A stretch of DNA of 37,409 bases, taken from Phoronis australis. Taxonomy: Eukaryota; Animalia; Phoronida. Within the stretch, counting starts at the first letter, position 1; every line of letters starts with the position of its first letter. The translations under genes and the position numbers were made by a program. The DNA lies in the NCBI GenBank assembly GCA_002633005.1, contig NMRA01000490.1:22813-60221 (forward strand), written 5' to 3'. The notes under the pieces are model-generated. The model was not told where the DNA came from. It worked only from the letters and a program-made list of their open reading frames with translations, and did not search any database. This document shows positions 13,001-23,200 of this stretch, one piece after another.

Positions 13001-13638
13001 CGTTGTTGATCGATCGGTCAATTAAAAACAGTGAAATAGTGACTAGAATGACAAATTTTTCGTACTGCAATCGTGGTTTCATGTTGCGTTTCTGCATGTA
13101 AGCTTCAAAAAGAACCATATCGCGCCAAGACGGTGGTTCACACTTTCCCGGTGGATGAGGCAATGTTATACATTGTAGGCCATGCTGAACATGAACATTC
13201 CGTGCACGTAGTTTGCCCATCACCAGGATTGGTCACTACCGAGATGCATGTTTTGTGTGAATTAAACGCCGATTTGAAGAAAACGGAAACCAAAGAACTT
13301 TAGCCGTTGAATTCCAACCCCGCAAGTGACCTACGTATTGTATTACGAGAGCTTGCAACCACAAGACAAGCCTCGAGAGTTTGCAGTGAGAATTCCGGCT
13401 GCCTGCTCGACTGAGTTTTGATCAAGAATTATAGTTATTAAATCAAGCCTAGTTTCATTGTTTCATTTTCATTTTGTTATTATAGTTCATCAAGCGAGAC
13501 TCTTGAGGTACGGTGCCATACAATCAGCAACTTCTCGGCAAAATTATTACATTTTGTCTAAATAAAAAGTCCAGAACAGGAGTGTTTACGCAACTTTCGA
13601 AAAATTATTCATAATTGCTTACCTAAGTGTGTGTGTTT

Positions 13639-13687
<49 letters not shown>

Positions 13688-16600
13688 AGTGTGAGTGCGT
13701 GCATGCGTGTGTGCATGCGGAAAAATGAAATTGCCTCTAGTTCTACCTTGTCACAAAAACTTAAAAATTTTCAGCAATGACGATTTTCTTGCACTCAAAT
13801 TCGATCCAATCGTTTTCAAAATCAGTAGCCCAGTCAGGAGTCAGGTCATGTCTGTAAGTTCCAGAATTCCAGAATAGTGAGCAGAATCCTAGGCGTGAAT
13901 GTATCAATTTGTATAATCTTGATAGCCTATTGCTGTGCCAATAATTCATGTTCTCAGCAATGACACAGCTGGTACAAAACTCCTGTCTGAATACCAGAAA
14001 TGTAGAGCATCCATGTTGTTCTTGAACCCTGAAGTCTAAGAAGCGTACCACGTCGGAATTCAGTCGTCAGTAAACCTCCATAACTTGAAAACGGCAAGTC
14101 TGTGCCACAAACGTATTGCAATCGTTTAGTAGCCCTTAACGATATTTGCAGACCAAATACCCTACAAATTGATCAAGTGACGTCGGATGTAAGGTACCAT
14201 TAGTAAGAAACAGAACGGTTGATGGTAGCCACACTGACAGCCTTCCACAAGATCTATATGCGTACCAAATTCCAGAAGAATACATCAAAGAAAACTTAGA
14301 TAAACGACGGTCAAAACGACACCTTTGCACCGATTTCACTCAACAATAATAGGCTTTGAGATTCTAACAAACTACTACTTTGTGAATGTATTTCACAACG
14401 GACGAAAACGAAAAAGGCGATCTGTGGCTTGCACGAGAAAGCAAAATGCTTTGAAATATCGAGTTAAAACGCTATGTAAGTGGTAGCAAAACTCATGAGT
14501 AGGGGCACTTGAAAATGAAAGGAGATAATATTGTAAAAGACAAAAGCAAATCAGTTTTCTATCATATAGGACCCTTGTAGGAGGAGCGCCCAGAACAGTT
14601 TTAATGATTTGTGAACAACATAAAATGCAAAATCTACATGAATAGTTAATTAACGAGGAAAGTTTTACAAATAATAAAACATAATATATCATTTCGTTGC
14701 TTTGAAATGAGCACAAAAGGCATCAAAAACAAGGACGGATATGGGATTTTTTAAAAGGGGTTTTGAATGAAGGATTTTTTTAAAAAGGGGCTCCAAGTCA
14801 ACAACACGAAAATTCTAGATTTGATATCACCAACAACAAAAGAAAAAAGGGATTTTCCACCCCCTTCAACTCCCCCAACGAAAAACCTTGTCCAAAACTA
14901 TTTAACACGTTTCTCAGACGATTAGAGTGGATCACCAAACCACTGTGAACTGCTCTGTGAATCGGTTATGTGAGAAAAAGGACCTTAGCGGCCGGTATGT
15001 CGACATTCATATACAGTGCCAGTAGTACATTGATCTGTACGGATACACTCCTGCTAAAATTGGGTATCCATATAGCCTTCAAATGCAGGACCTTCAGATT
15101 GTTAAAACCCATGTGACCTTAGTAAACTTACATATCGACAACCATCTTCGGCCAAGTGAATGTATTGAGGGCTCTTTTTGGCAAATCCTAATGACGACAA
15201 GCATCCATTGCCACTGCGAATATCAGTGAAGTACTTATCACTTGAAGTCTTCGGCTTGAATTTGAAGCACGTGTACGCTTCCCATTCGGTCATTGCCATT
15301 CGGAGAATTTTCGCTTCGTCCCGATTACCTTCAAGAAACATAGTTTCAGGAAATTTCCTACGGTATAATGCGTAGAAATAGGTAACAAATGAGAATGGAA
15401 TGAACCGAACGCCTGTTGCAGGCCACATAGTATGTGAATGACTTACACGTGTTATCGTAACCCCTGAAAGGAGGAAAGAAGAAAGGCCGATAAATGGGTT
15501 TTGGGAATGGCAAAACTGTTGTCATTAACATCCTTTTAATCTGGAATCTATAAAAGACCATTTTTGCAACTGATGCTACGCCATTTGAAATTTTAAAAAG
15601 TTGATAAAGAGAACGACAGAAACGACAGTCCTTATTTTTTTTTGAAAATTTGTGAATAACAATGCTTCTCAGCATTTTCGAAGGATGTGCGATTAAGTCT
15701 CAAACCTTATTTACAAAAACTCTCCATGTTTACAACATTTCAGGTGTATCTAGCAAAATAATTTATCTTCATTCTCGGGAACTTCAAATACAAACATATA
15801 CCGTGTAGCAAGAAAAAAGGTTAGCCGAACCACCTTGGAACTGCACAACCTCGCAGATATTTGTTTACTGCTTATCCGAGGTCAGAGGTTACAGGGCTGT
15901 CACTCAAATCGAATCTCCTGCCAGGTACAGAGCAGCTTCATATGCACCCTCAGTCCTTTCATACATTGTCTGTGTTCAAACGGGAGATCGATGATTTACA
16001 AGAGGGGGAAACTGATAGGTACATTTTACATTACGTTATACCATTGTTATCAAGAGCCCGAGTGGATTTTGGAGAATAATCGCCCGAGGGGCGTTCTATT
16101 TATACCACATACTGAACGAGAAACATTGCAATGAATCGATCTACCTTTCTCGACTCGCCTCGGCTTGGTAACTACTTTCTATGTCAGAGGCCCGGGGTCG
16201 GAGGTCGTGACCATTTAAGAAAAGCCGACCTATTTTTGTCAATTGATGTTTTTACTCAAAACCAGTTGAAAAATAAACAAAATAAAAATAAAGTGAAATT
16301 ATAAATTAAGGTTTAGCAACTATTATAGCTTACTACACATTTTATCACGCTAAGCTTCGACCGGGAAAATATCGTCTGCTAAAGTAGGTTACCAAGTAAC
16401 TGGCTATAATGCTCAAGTCAAAGGATCCCGACGACACGATAACCGCATTCAAATTGGAGATCGGTTATTTATACTAGTGAGAGAACACGAGCGAAAAATT
16501 TCACTGAATTAAAATATCGTTTTTATAGAAATTATGCGTCTTATTTTTCATAGCGTATAAATGTCGGTGCAATGCCCTTTGCTAAACATGCGATTTTTGC

Positions 16601-19600
16601 GCGTGCTCATTTAAGTATTCTATTTTCACGTTCGATGACGTCAGCCGCTGAGTGGTGTAGTGGTAAAGTCGGCGACTCGAAACTCTTGCGAAGCGGCTTA
16701 GAAATCGGGCTTAGTTTTCCCGCCAAAATGTATTTCAGCACGCGTTGAATAACTAAGTGGGTTCTTTAATGGTTGTATTGGCCATGTCAGGCTGATAATG
16801 TGGTGTAATGGGCTTTATTTTCATAAATTATGCGCCGTTTATCGTGCAAGAACACGCAACCTGAGCTCCTTATACCATTTGATCATTGAAACACGAGTGC
16901 ACTCATCAAAATAGTTGAATGCCTTGTACTGTAGAAGCCGAATATAGGTATAAGATATGGGAGCAAAGCAGCTACTAACAATTAAGCAATACGAACAGTT
17001 AACTTACCCCAAGAAAATCTATTCACGACATATGGCATGGTAGCGTCTGGCCAAAGCGCTATAGCGTCGGTACCGGATGCTCTTTTAAACCTCCGGCTGC
17101 GGGACCTGAATATTAAGTAATAGCTTGTCATCTGGGCCAGGTTTTTCACTCCGTTTCATTGCCAGGTGGCGCTGTGACACAGATCTTTGCTCCGTAAAAC
17201 TGTTTTCCAGTGAGTTTTTTTAAGATCACACACGTGACCGCACCAACTTTCATTTGAAGTAAGCCCCCTTTACGAAAAAGGTCCCTGTGTCGAATGTTTC
17301 TTAGCTTTGCGACGACAAACTTGATTAAAGAACCACTCCAACCACACAAAAGAAAATTTGTAAAATAAACGCGATACTGCATTGTCCAAGAACCAAAAAT
17401 TCCACAAATTGTTCGAAAGATGAAAGCATGACATCCGGTATGCCGGTATTTAGCCATAAGTAAAATCGAATAAAGTTAACCAACGCTATGGTTACACTTC
17501 CCGGAAAATAAATATGGCGGCTAAGTTAGGGTTGGTTGGAGTTTTGAGGTGTGCAAGGTTCAGCGGATCTGGTTTTCATATACTCATTCAATCCACTAGT
17601 TCGACTGCAGATTTCACTTTCTTGAAAACTGTGATACCCTATAACACAATTGAATTTTAGTTCAATAACTGAGGAATCTGCAGCAATTGCTTCAAGTAAT
17701 CCCCAATTAACAGACCAAAATTTAAAAAAAAAATTGACTGGGTGACAGCTTTTCTGGATCCATTTTGTTAATTTATAATAAAAATTGCGTTTAGTAGACT
17801 CTAGTGGTAGCTCGTGACACAGCCATCGGCAGGCAACTAGTGGTTTTGAGGCTGCGTTATTTAACACTTTGCCTGAGCTTAGGTTCTTCATGGGTGGAAG
17901 TGAAAAAGGCAAAAATATGAGACCGGGTAAAATTTATATGTCCCTTTTGAGGTAAAAACGTTCAAAATATTTTAATTTGCCCATAGAATTTTCGATATAG
18001 TGGAAAGAAGGTGTCAAGACCTTTGCTGCGTGAACCGCGAGACAAAACTCAATGAGTATTCAATGCTGCTTGTCTCTATGGTAACGTTCGACATCTTGGA
18101 TTCCTTACTTACCAGGTAGTACCTGTCATACGACGAAATCGATCAGGATACAGTATTGCCATCTGCTCAGGTGTCAATTTCAAATCCAACTCGGTCAGAT
18201 AGAAGTTTTCTTCATCGCTAGTTTGAGCGTTTCCAAAGGTGCCATTTTTAATCATTTTAACTACAATGGAAAAACGAGCCCATTGAGGAAGGTGGTATGA
18301 CTGGACAAACATAATTCGATCTAAGATCTGACTTGTTAGGGTAATTCCTTAGAAGTTGTTAAAATCAGCCAAGTGAAAGGTTACTCTATTGCACGTAGTC
18401 GTGTTTGTAACAAGCCAGCTCAAGTAAATCGGTCGTCCCTGAAGGGCTTGGATGACGGAGCGCGATTTATTTACTATAAAAGAGTAACGCTTCGGATTTC
18501 CGTGTCCAGCAGCACATACCAATATATTTCGCTGCAAATGGCTCGTGAGTGCTTTGGGGCCACAGAAGGATTGGTATCTTGTTTATCTGATGTTGGCTTC
18601 ACATTGCCACCCACTCGCAACCAAGTACGTTTTATTTTGCTTCAAACAACAAGCAGATGTAACTCACTTGCGGACATTTCAAAGCCTGTAGCTATTAGCT
18701 GTTCCATGGATGCATGTCCAGAACGAATTGCATCCTCTTTGAGAATCTGCGTGAGCTCAGCCGATCTTTTAAACAACTGTCCTTGCACTGCCTGTTGATG
18801 GAGAGTACATAGTTCACGGCAGGGCATTCACTCACAGGAGGGGTTGGTATGGAGGTACCGTCAACTCGGCTGAGAATTTTGTCCTCTCAGGTATCGTTTC
18901 CGGTAGGTGCATGAAAAAGTGGTGGCGGGAGAACGTGTGGTACTGTCTCAAGTGCTTATTTCCTTGGACGCGGGGTGTTTGCAATGCTTATCCCTGTGTT
19001 GTTAATGTCATTGAGTTCTTTGGCAATACTGAATTTTGCTGGTCAAATGGTGTATAATTTTGATAAAATGATTGTGTTTAGAGAATGACATTTGCTCAAC
19101 TCTAGTTATGAAAGTTCAAACATGGCTGCAAAATGCTGTGACATTAACGTAAGCGCTGATATTTGGTCTCTCACATTCCATCACCTATTTTTTAACACTC
19201 ACCATCATGTACAAAGGATTATTTTTGGAAGTTCGGTGAGTGGAACATATGAATCTTAGTCATTAATGGTCAAGAATTACTCGTAACTGCAGTAATGCCA
19301 TTATTAAAAGTAAGAGACATTTTTGTGTGTCAGTAAACTTGAAACTGTTAATCTCACCTCACAGCTACGCAGACACACAGAAAGACAAAAGTCGTGAAAG
19401 CTACGCTAAGCAACCTTTCATTGTATTTATTATTTATTTAATATAGTGACATAAGGGTGCCAGTGAATAAATAATATCAAATACAAAATATTCGCCTCAA
19501 TGGGCTTACTCAGTCACCTTCTAACCCCTAAACCATAACATAATATGATGAACGCAGTCAAGTTAAATCGGACAATTTTAGACTAGCTACATGTACGTGC

Positions 19601-20231
19601 AAAGCGTCCTGAATGAAGTTTGCTAGACCTTTCGAGTTACTTTGGAATATCGGAGGTAAGGCAGTAAAAATGGTTGAATATGAGTACATTTTTCACAGTC
19701 AACGATGAAAATTTTTCTTTATGTTCGATTTCACTTTTACAAACACGACAAATCCGTTTCTTCACAGAAACTACGGAGTATCGCGCCACCTAAACCTCCA
19801 GTGGTGGAATATATGCTTTCAATCGAGCTGTGACGGACATCTTAGGTACCGGCAGACGTAGTTACTCTTCAACAAAATTATCGTTTCAACAGATCTATCT
19901 AAGCGCAGTTTTGGTTCTCAATGATCATTTTAACCCATTGAAGTCTTCTAACTGGCAACTGAATGCTTTAAAGCTTACGAAATACAAAACTTGTTTGTTC
20001 CTTGCATTTTCTAAAAAAAAATAAATCGCATTTCTCAATATTTTCAAATATTGTTTAAGATCCCATAAAAATACTTTTTGCAATTTTGTTTTCATCCATC
20101 AGAACTAAACGATTCGAAACTAGCATGTTTTCATATTGTTTGTATGTTTAAGTTTCAAGGAGTGACTTACTCACCACAGTGACCACACACAGAAATATTG
20201 CCAACCAGAATTCCTTGACAATCGATTTCAT
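3950..20231 (-). CDS. Secreted astacin-family (M12A) zinc metalloprotease with EGF-like and two ShK domains; multi-exon gene, last exon not resolved
   Basis: Nine exons (20231-20171, 18260-18113, 17105-17008, 15328-15132, 12778-12578, 11599-11449, 11120-10998, 4601-4449, 4084-3950) have GT-AG boundaries and consecutive phases that join into one open frame of about 422 codons. Motifs: ELDLKLTPEQ, RFKR, WP..TMPY, HELGHAMGLAH, SIMHY, EGF-like, 2x ShK. Confidence 0.9.
4449..4601 (-). CDS. Astacin ShK domain exon 1
   Basis: CKNKHRNEMECEQWAKDLQCLLNPIYMVANCMKSCKKC, six-Cys ShK pattern; ACAG acceptor, GTAAGT donor. Phase 1 to 1. Confidence 0.9.
6022..6313 (+). repeat. Putative 5' LTR of the Gypsy element
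   Basis: 3' end TGTTACA lies directly before the PBS. The 5' start TGTGACGGG is inferred as an imperfect inverted match to the end. There is no second LTR to confirm the left boundary. Confidence 0.55.
6316..6328 (+). promoter_or_regulatory. Primer-binding site, tRNA-Lys type
   Basis: TGGCGCCCAACGT, 2 nt after the LTR CA; matches the first 13 nt of the known tRNA-Lys1,2 PBS (TGGCGCCCAACGTGGGGC). Confidence 0.85.
6783..8096 (+). CDS. gag: Gag: RRM-like N-terminus, PNMA-like capsid region, CCHC zinc knuckle
   Basis: Open ORF with likely ATG at 6783; LPAFSG...FQQWL...AIRRSLRGSAAE; CFRCHEYGHRAVNC. Confidence 0.9.
   Translation: MDSLCDKCVIVGDVPECEDGELLNFLPAEIRNGVKHAWRVNLSFYIVFDSEKMVNKCVNFVRKNHFKDFKLKISKATVTDESFLRECAGKSDENMSSLISLIGELSPVQKKIVSSVVGSDDPSSVESKHASSSVNSWGNVFHSDLVRLPAFSGSESSGVSFQQWLGEVQCLQVTLQNDGFLKQAIRRSLRGSAAELLECDLSVNELLSKLKSRYGDVLPVGKIVEKFYSSRQDKNESVTQWAGRLEKLVVQMKMSESCPIPKEALPSVLKSHFVSGLLSNDVRLGLKHFVEHNSEESFDELLIYARRLDIEFSRKSQSHHSLDSGDKTDKMVTMIDALAKRIEKLEGSFTRNRSNVFNGNSRFRGQPYGNVNRQRSEQQTIYQSTDVRADNSLPRFDGVCFRCHEYGHRAVNCTVALNFNRSSTGGLPTDRMENPPQ
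8030..8090 (+). promoter_or_regulatory. -1 programmed ribosomal frameshift signal (slippery site plus H-type pseudoknot)
   Basis: T_TTA_AAC at 8030-8036, in gag frame. Stem 1 ATCGGTCG 8041-8048 / CGACCGAT 8065-8072; stem 2 AGGGGGG 8054-8060 / CCCCCCT 8084-8090. Confidence 0.85.
8030..10303 (+). CDS. pol: Pol (aspartic protease, RT, RNase H), expressed by -1 frameshift; lacks integrase
   Basis: LLDTGS; LRFCLDFRKLN, LPFGLTNAPATFQR, LLDD; DAS...LEFLALKWAI...YTDNNP...RW. ORF is in the -1 frame relative to gag. Confidence 0.93.
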   Translation, partial: FKLQSVVDRGASDRSHGKPPSVGLVGESFEKEFMIANVRCICLLDTGSRVSTISESLCQHIGLSVLPISDITGPLRVECANGEVLPYKGYVSVTVGVPDTDESIDVLFLVVPNTSYNFRVPVIVGTNALRVLIDLVDNDNRSDWLLLLKNVMFNRETSLPGVVKTDNSVTIPSGMSQIIDACICVNPCTSCSLQVVTEEYGSLSLPSNLQVWPTLHEINPGDHMIPVRVTNVGCKSVTVPAGSSICSLVPVDQTAAEIPCSDSAENSEEFIINPELSIEQRARAASLLNEYQDIFAQNDLDLGHVTQVQHKIHLTSDAPFKHRHRSIPPNMLDEVRAHLKDMLQLGVIRPSTSPYASSIVLVRKKSGELRFCLDFRKLNEITVKDAYALPRATENLHTLHGSRYFSTLDMKSAYWQVDIAEEDKHKTAFTVGPLGFYECNRLPFGLTNAPATFQRVMEMCMGDLYLSECLILLDDILVFSDTFENHLTRLRNVFQRVREFGMKLKPSKCEFFKQRTVYLGHVISQQGVECDPDKIAVVLDWPVPKCVKDLQSFLGFVGFYRRFIQDFASIAQPLHALTKGVTGRKRNSSDTSNGLFVWGDKEQYAFEELKRRCTSSPVLAFADFTQPFSVHIDASMTSLGAVLYQESGGLNRPIAFASRCLSEAEKRYPVHKLEFLALKWAITSKFHDYLCGGLPFVVYTDNNPVTYALSTAKLDVCSQRWVSELANYNFQIVYKTGKSNLDADAHFGYAISSLSER
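10998..11120 (-). CDS. Astacin EGF-like exon
   Basis: HCSRLPRCTNGGFVDKTCQCLCPDGNRNC; polypyrimidine-TAG acceptor, GTACGT donor. Phase 1 to 1. Confidence 0.88.
11449..11599 (-). CDS. Astacin catalytic domain C-terminal exon
   Basis: TFG...TI...MG...LSFSDIKEINILYSC; CAG acceptor, GTGAGT donor. Phase 0 to 1. Confidence 0.92.
12578..12778 (-). CDS. Astacin active-site exon
   Basis: LGVYLHELGHAMGLAHEHVRSDRD...YDYASIMHY = HExxHxxGxxH plus Met-turn; TTAG acceptor, GTAAGG donor; 201 nt, phase 0. Confidence 0.96.
13643..13682. repeat. (CA)20 microsatellite
   Basis: Read directly; flanked by short GT-rich runs. Confidence 0.97.
15132..15328 (-). CDS. Astacin catalytic domain exon
   Basis: AMTEWEAYTCFKFKP...GNGCLSSLG...IHLAEDGC; AAG acceptor, GTAAGT donor. 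Phase 1 to 0. Confidence 0.92.
17008..17105 (-). CDS. Astacin exon: furin site and start of mature catalytic domain
   Basis: TTCAG acceptor, GTAAGT donor. Encodes SRSRRFKR/ASGTDAIALWPDATMPYVV. Phase 2 to 1. Not in the ORF track. Confidence 0.9.
18113..18260 (-). CDS. Astacin prodomain exon
   Basis: TTGTAG acceptor, GTAAGT donor. Encodes FYLTELDLKLTPEQ, resembling the astacin prodomain FEGDIxLTxEQ motif. Phase 1 to 2. Confidence 0.85.
20171..20231 (-). CDS. Astacin exon 1, signal peptide MKSIVKEFWLAIFLCVVTVV
   Basis: ATG, basic N-terminus and hydrophobic core. Tandem donors GTGAGT/GTAAGT; the GTAAGT donor gives phase 1, matching the next exon. Small intervening exons cannot be excluded. Confidence 0.65.
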
Positions 20232-23200
20232 GACAATGCGTGTGTCATTATATAACGGACGACACATTCTCTTAGCTGAATTGTTCAACATCCAGTCTGG
20301 TCTTGAACTCTTTGGCATATGATTTTGCTAAATATCTCGAAAACCAGGCCACGTTAGTCCTTTGTAGTATTCTAGGGGACCACGTGATTTGTATGCGTAC
20401 TTCAACGTCCAAGTCTTTTATTCAATACGCGTTGGATAAGTCGAGTGTAATTCAGCTATGTGATATTGTTTTCTGCATTACACTCCCGGACTTCTTTAGC
20501 ACTTCCTTCTGACATGGAAATTTCAAAAGGTAGGTCAATGTCGATTCGACGTCGTTAGCCGATTCGATCATCAAATTTTCCCAAAATAGTTTAAGGAATT
20601 AAAATTGCAACAGTATAACACTCAACATGCAATCAGGTCCCAAAAGTAACATCTGGTACAAAACTACAAATTATATGACACTTCTGTATCAGTTTTATTT
20701 GCTAACTATGATGTCGTCTGCAACTCACGCGCTTATTCCTCAGTAAACACAATGTTAAGTGTTGTTGGTAATTAATTATTGTGGGACAATAATTCAAGTT
20801 CAATGTACAATTATCGTTGTTTTGTCTTTGTTATCTCTTATAAAGCAAAAAATTGTTACGTTTACATTAAAACTTTCTTTTACTGGAGAAAACTTGCAAC
20901 CTAACGCACAAGTACATACATGTAGGATGTGATCCGCCACGTGAACAGTCTGAGTAAAGTATTTAAAAATCTTCCAAAAAACTGAAAGAAACTTAGGAGT
21001 CGAAGTGTATGGGATTAATACAAAACGTACCTAGATTGGCGTAGATGAAGTAATATCCCACTCGACATTATTTCGCATATCGATACAAGCAATAATGTCT
21101 CATGGGATATTTCTTCATGTACACTACAATGTACGTTTTGTGTATTTCCTGGTACTTTCCTGCTTAAAGATTGCAATTTCATGTTGCCCTGTATGAATGA
21201 GCTGCATGAGATACGAAAATAGACGCACAAGTTTACACAACTGTAACCAGTGATCTCACTCTCCCCTTTCACAGATCGGTCATCTAATACACAAACGAGG
21301 CAAGTAGACGAATCTCTCTTCCGGTGTAGTGTTTCAATGTGTGCTGTAATTCGTTAACTAAATGTTCCATTTAATAACTTCCCAAGGAGAACGACCCTTC
21401 GTAGTAAGTAAATCCATAAGATTTGCAGAGGCCCTGGAAGCCTGAGCTTTAAACGAATTTCTAGTTACTAGTTGCAAGAATGGCGACAGAATCATCTGAT
21501 TAATCATGTGCGAAAAATTTAGCCAGTCCCGCCTAAAAACCTTCGACATTAGGCTGAAAGTTTTTGCTACACATTAAGTGATGGTTGAACTATAATAGGA
21601 AAATCTGTTAGCATTAATCTAGATGATTACAAAGTAGTTCTTGTTTCATTGTCCTGCTAATGCTCCAAGCTGTGCACACGGGCCTCTGCAGCTGCATCCA
21701 TCATTACAGCACATCAATACGATTATTCGATGTGGATCAGTCGGTAGACTTTCGAGTTTTCGAATTTCTCGCTGAATTCTTGCTTACCATTCCCCAGATA
21801 ATTCGGATTTCACTATTTTCAAAGTGTAATATTGTAAGATTTTTTTATTAAAAATATGTATAGAATCTGCCCTGTGTATTAATCTGCCTTGTTGCACTAG
21901 GAGTCAGATAGGATTTAGTGTCACTGTAACACGTAAAAATCGTTCAACTATATTTGTTTACAATGTTACAGGAAGAAAAATTTACACGCTTTTTCAGCTC
22001 CGAAAGTGTGCAGTGCAATTGATCGCTTAAATTAAGTAGCTGGTTCACAACTGTTTGTCAACGTCAGTTGTCAGATAGTGTGAAAGATACAAAATTTGGG
22101 GTCTGTTTCATTAAAGACAACAAAAATGCTGTCTTACCCTACCACTTCGCAATTACTGAATAAAGGTTTGTCCATTACCACATCATAGTCTGCAAATATT
22201 TTATGGTAATTATATTTCTAACTAGGATTTGTGAGTTTATTTTCAGAGATTTTAAATTTTTGCATTATTTTTTCAGAAATGGCTGTGTAGAGAGTAAAAG
22301 CAAGTTTTTGACTATTCGTGAAACATGCACGTGATGGGTCTATACAATAACAATAAGGAACAGGGAATGTTGCACCCAGTTGTCGAAATCATTGAAATAT
22401 TAACATTTATCATTGCGTTTATGTAGTGAAATTCGAAAAATGGTGGGTACAATTATATTTATTACGCATACACTTCACAGGCTTTTGTAATATTTTAAGA
22501 AGGGCGTAGTTCTGATCTCATTTACCATGCATGAAACAGTACAAATCTCTACTACAATAAGTTAACTATGCCAACTCACAGCTACGAGATCAAAACGATC
22601 TGACGCAAACGAACATGTTCTTGTGACCAAATTTGAAATCAAGAAGTTGCAAAATAGACAAAAGTTGAAGTAATATGTGAAATTACTTCAAAGCTTACAG
22701 GGCCGTAGGTAGTCATTCTATTATACATGTAGCACACACAAACCATGTCACAAAGTGTGATGATAACAAAAAAGTTTTAATAGTTTTTAGAAGGGAGACT
22801 ATCGTAATTGAGTTTTTGCCTATGGCATGTTAGCGCAATGCTTTTACAATATTTTGCAAAAGAATTACAGTTCTAAAGTTCCATTATTCAATTTTTGTCG
22901 ACAACACACGTTCATATTTGCGTATATGGTAGGTGTGCACCTGCCTAGATTCGTCTACAGGTCATTTAGTCTTAGAATTAGTATATTTCTACATATCCTA
23001 TACAATTCAGTATCACTACTGGAAGTGAACACAAAGTATATTGATGAAAGAACCTCTGAAAGTCTGTTATGCTGTGTACAGAAATCTCGTTAATATCAGT
23101 TTAAGTGCCGGCTACTCATGATTTCATTCGACTCAGAACTTGAAACCTGTAATCAAAGTCTCAGTCACTATTCAAAAATGTATTCGACATCAGTTGAAAA

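Noticed and set aside
16644-16712. tRNA or SINE-like head (TGGTGTAGTGG A-box)
   Set aside because: No convincing B-box or cloverleaf.
17120-18100. Probable non-autonomous DNA transposon fragments, with similar stretches near 12.9-13.6, 16.0-16.9 and 23.8-25.05 kb
   Set aside because: The texture is repeat-like, but I could not pair TIRs or find TSDs.
18349-18830. 141-aa plus-strand ORF and antisense frames in the astacin intron
   Set aside because: No recognisable motif, start context or splice support; possibly an unidentified TE relic.
21015-21549. Coding-looking minus-strand stretch upstream of the astacin gene
   Set aside because: Multiple stops and no domain I can identify.
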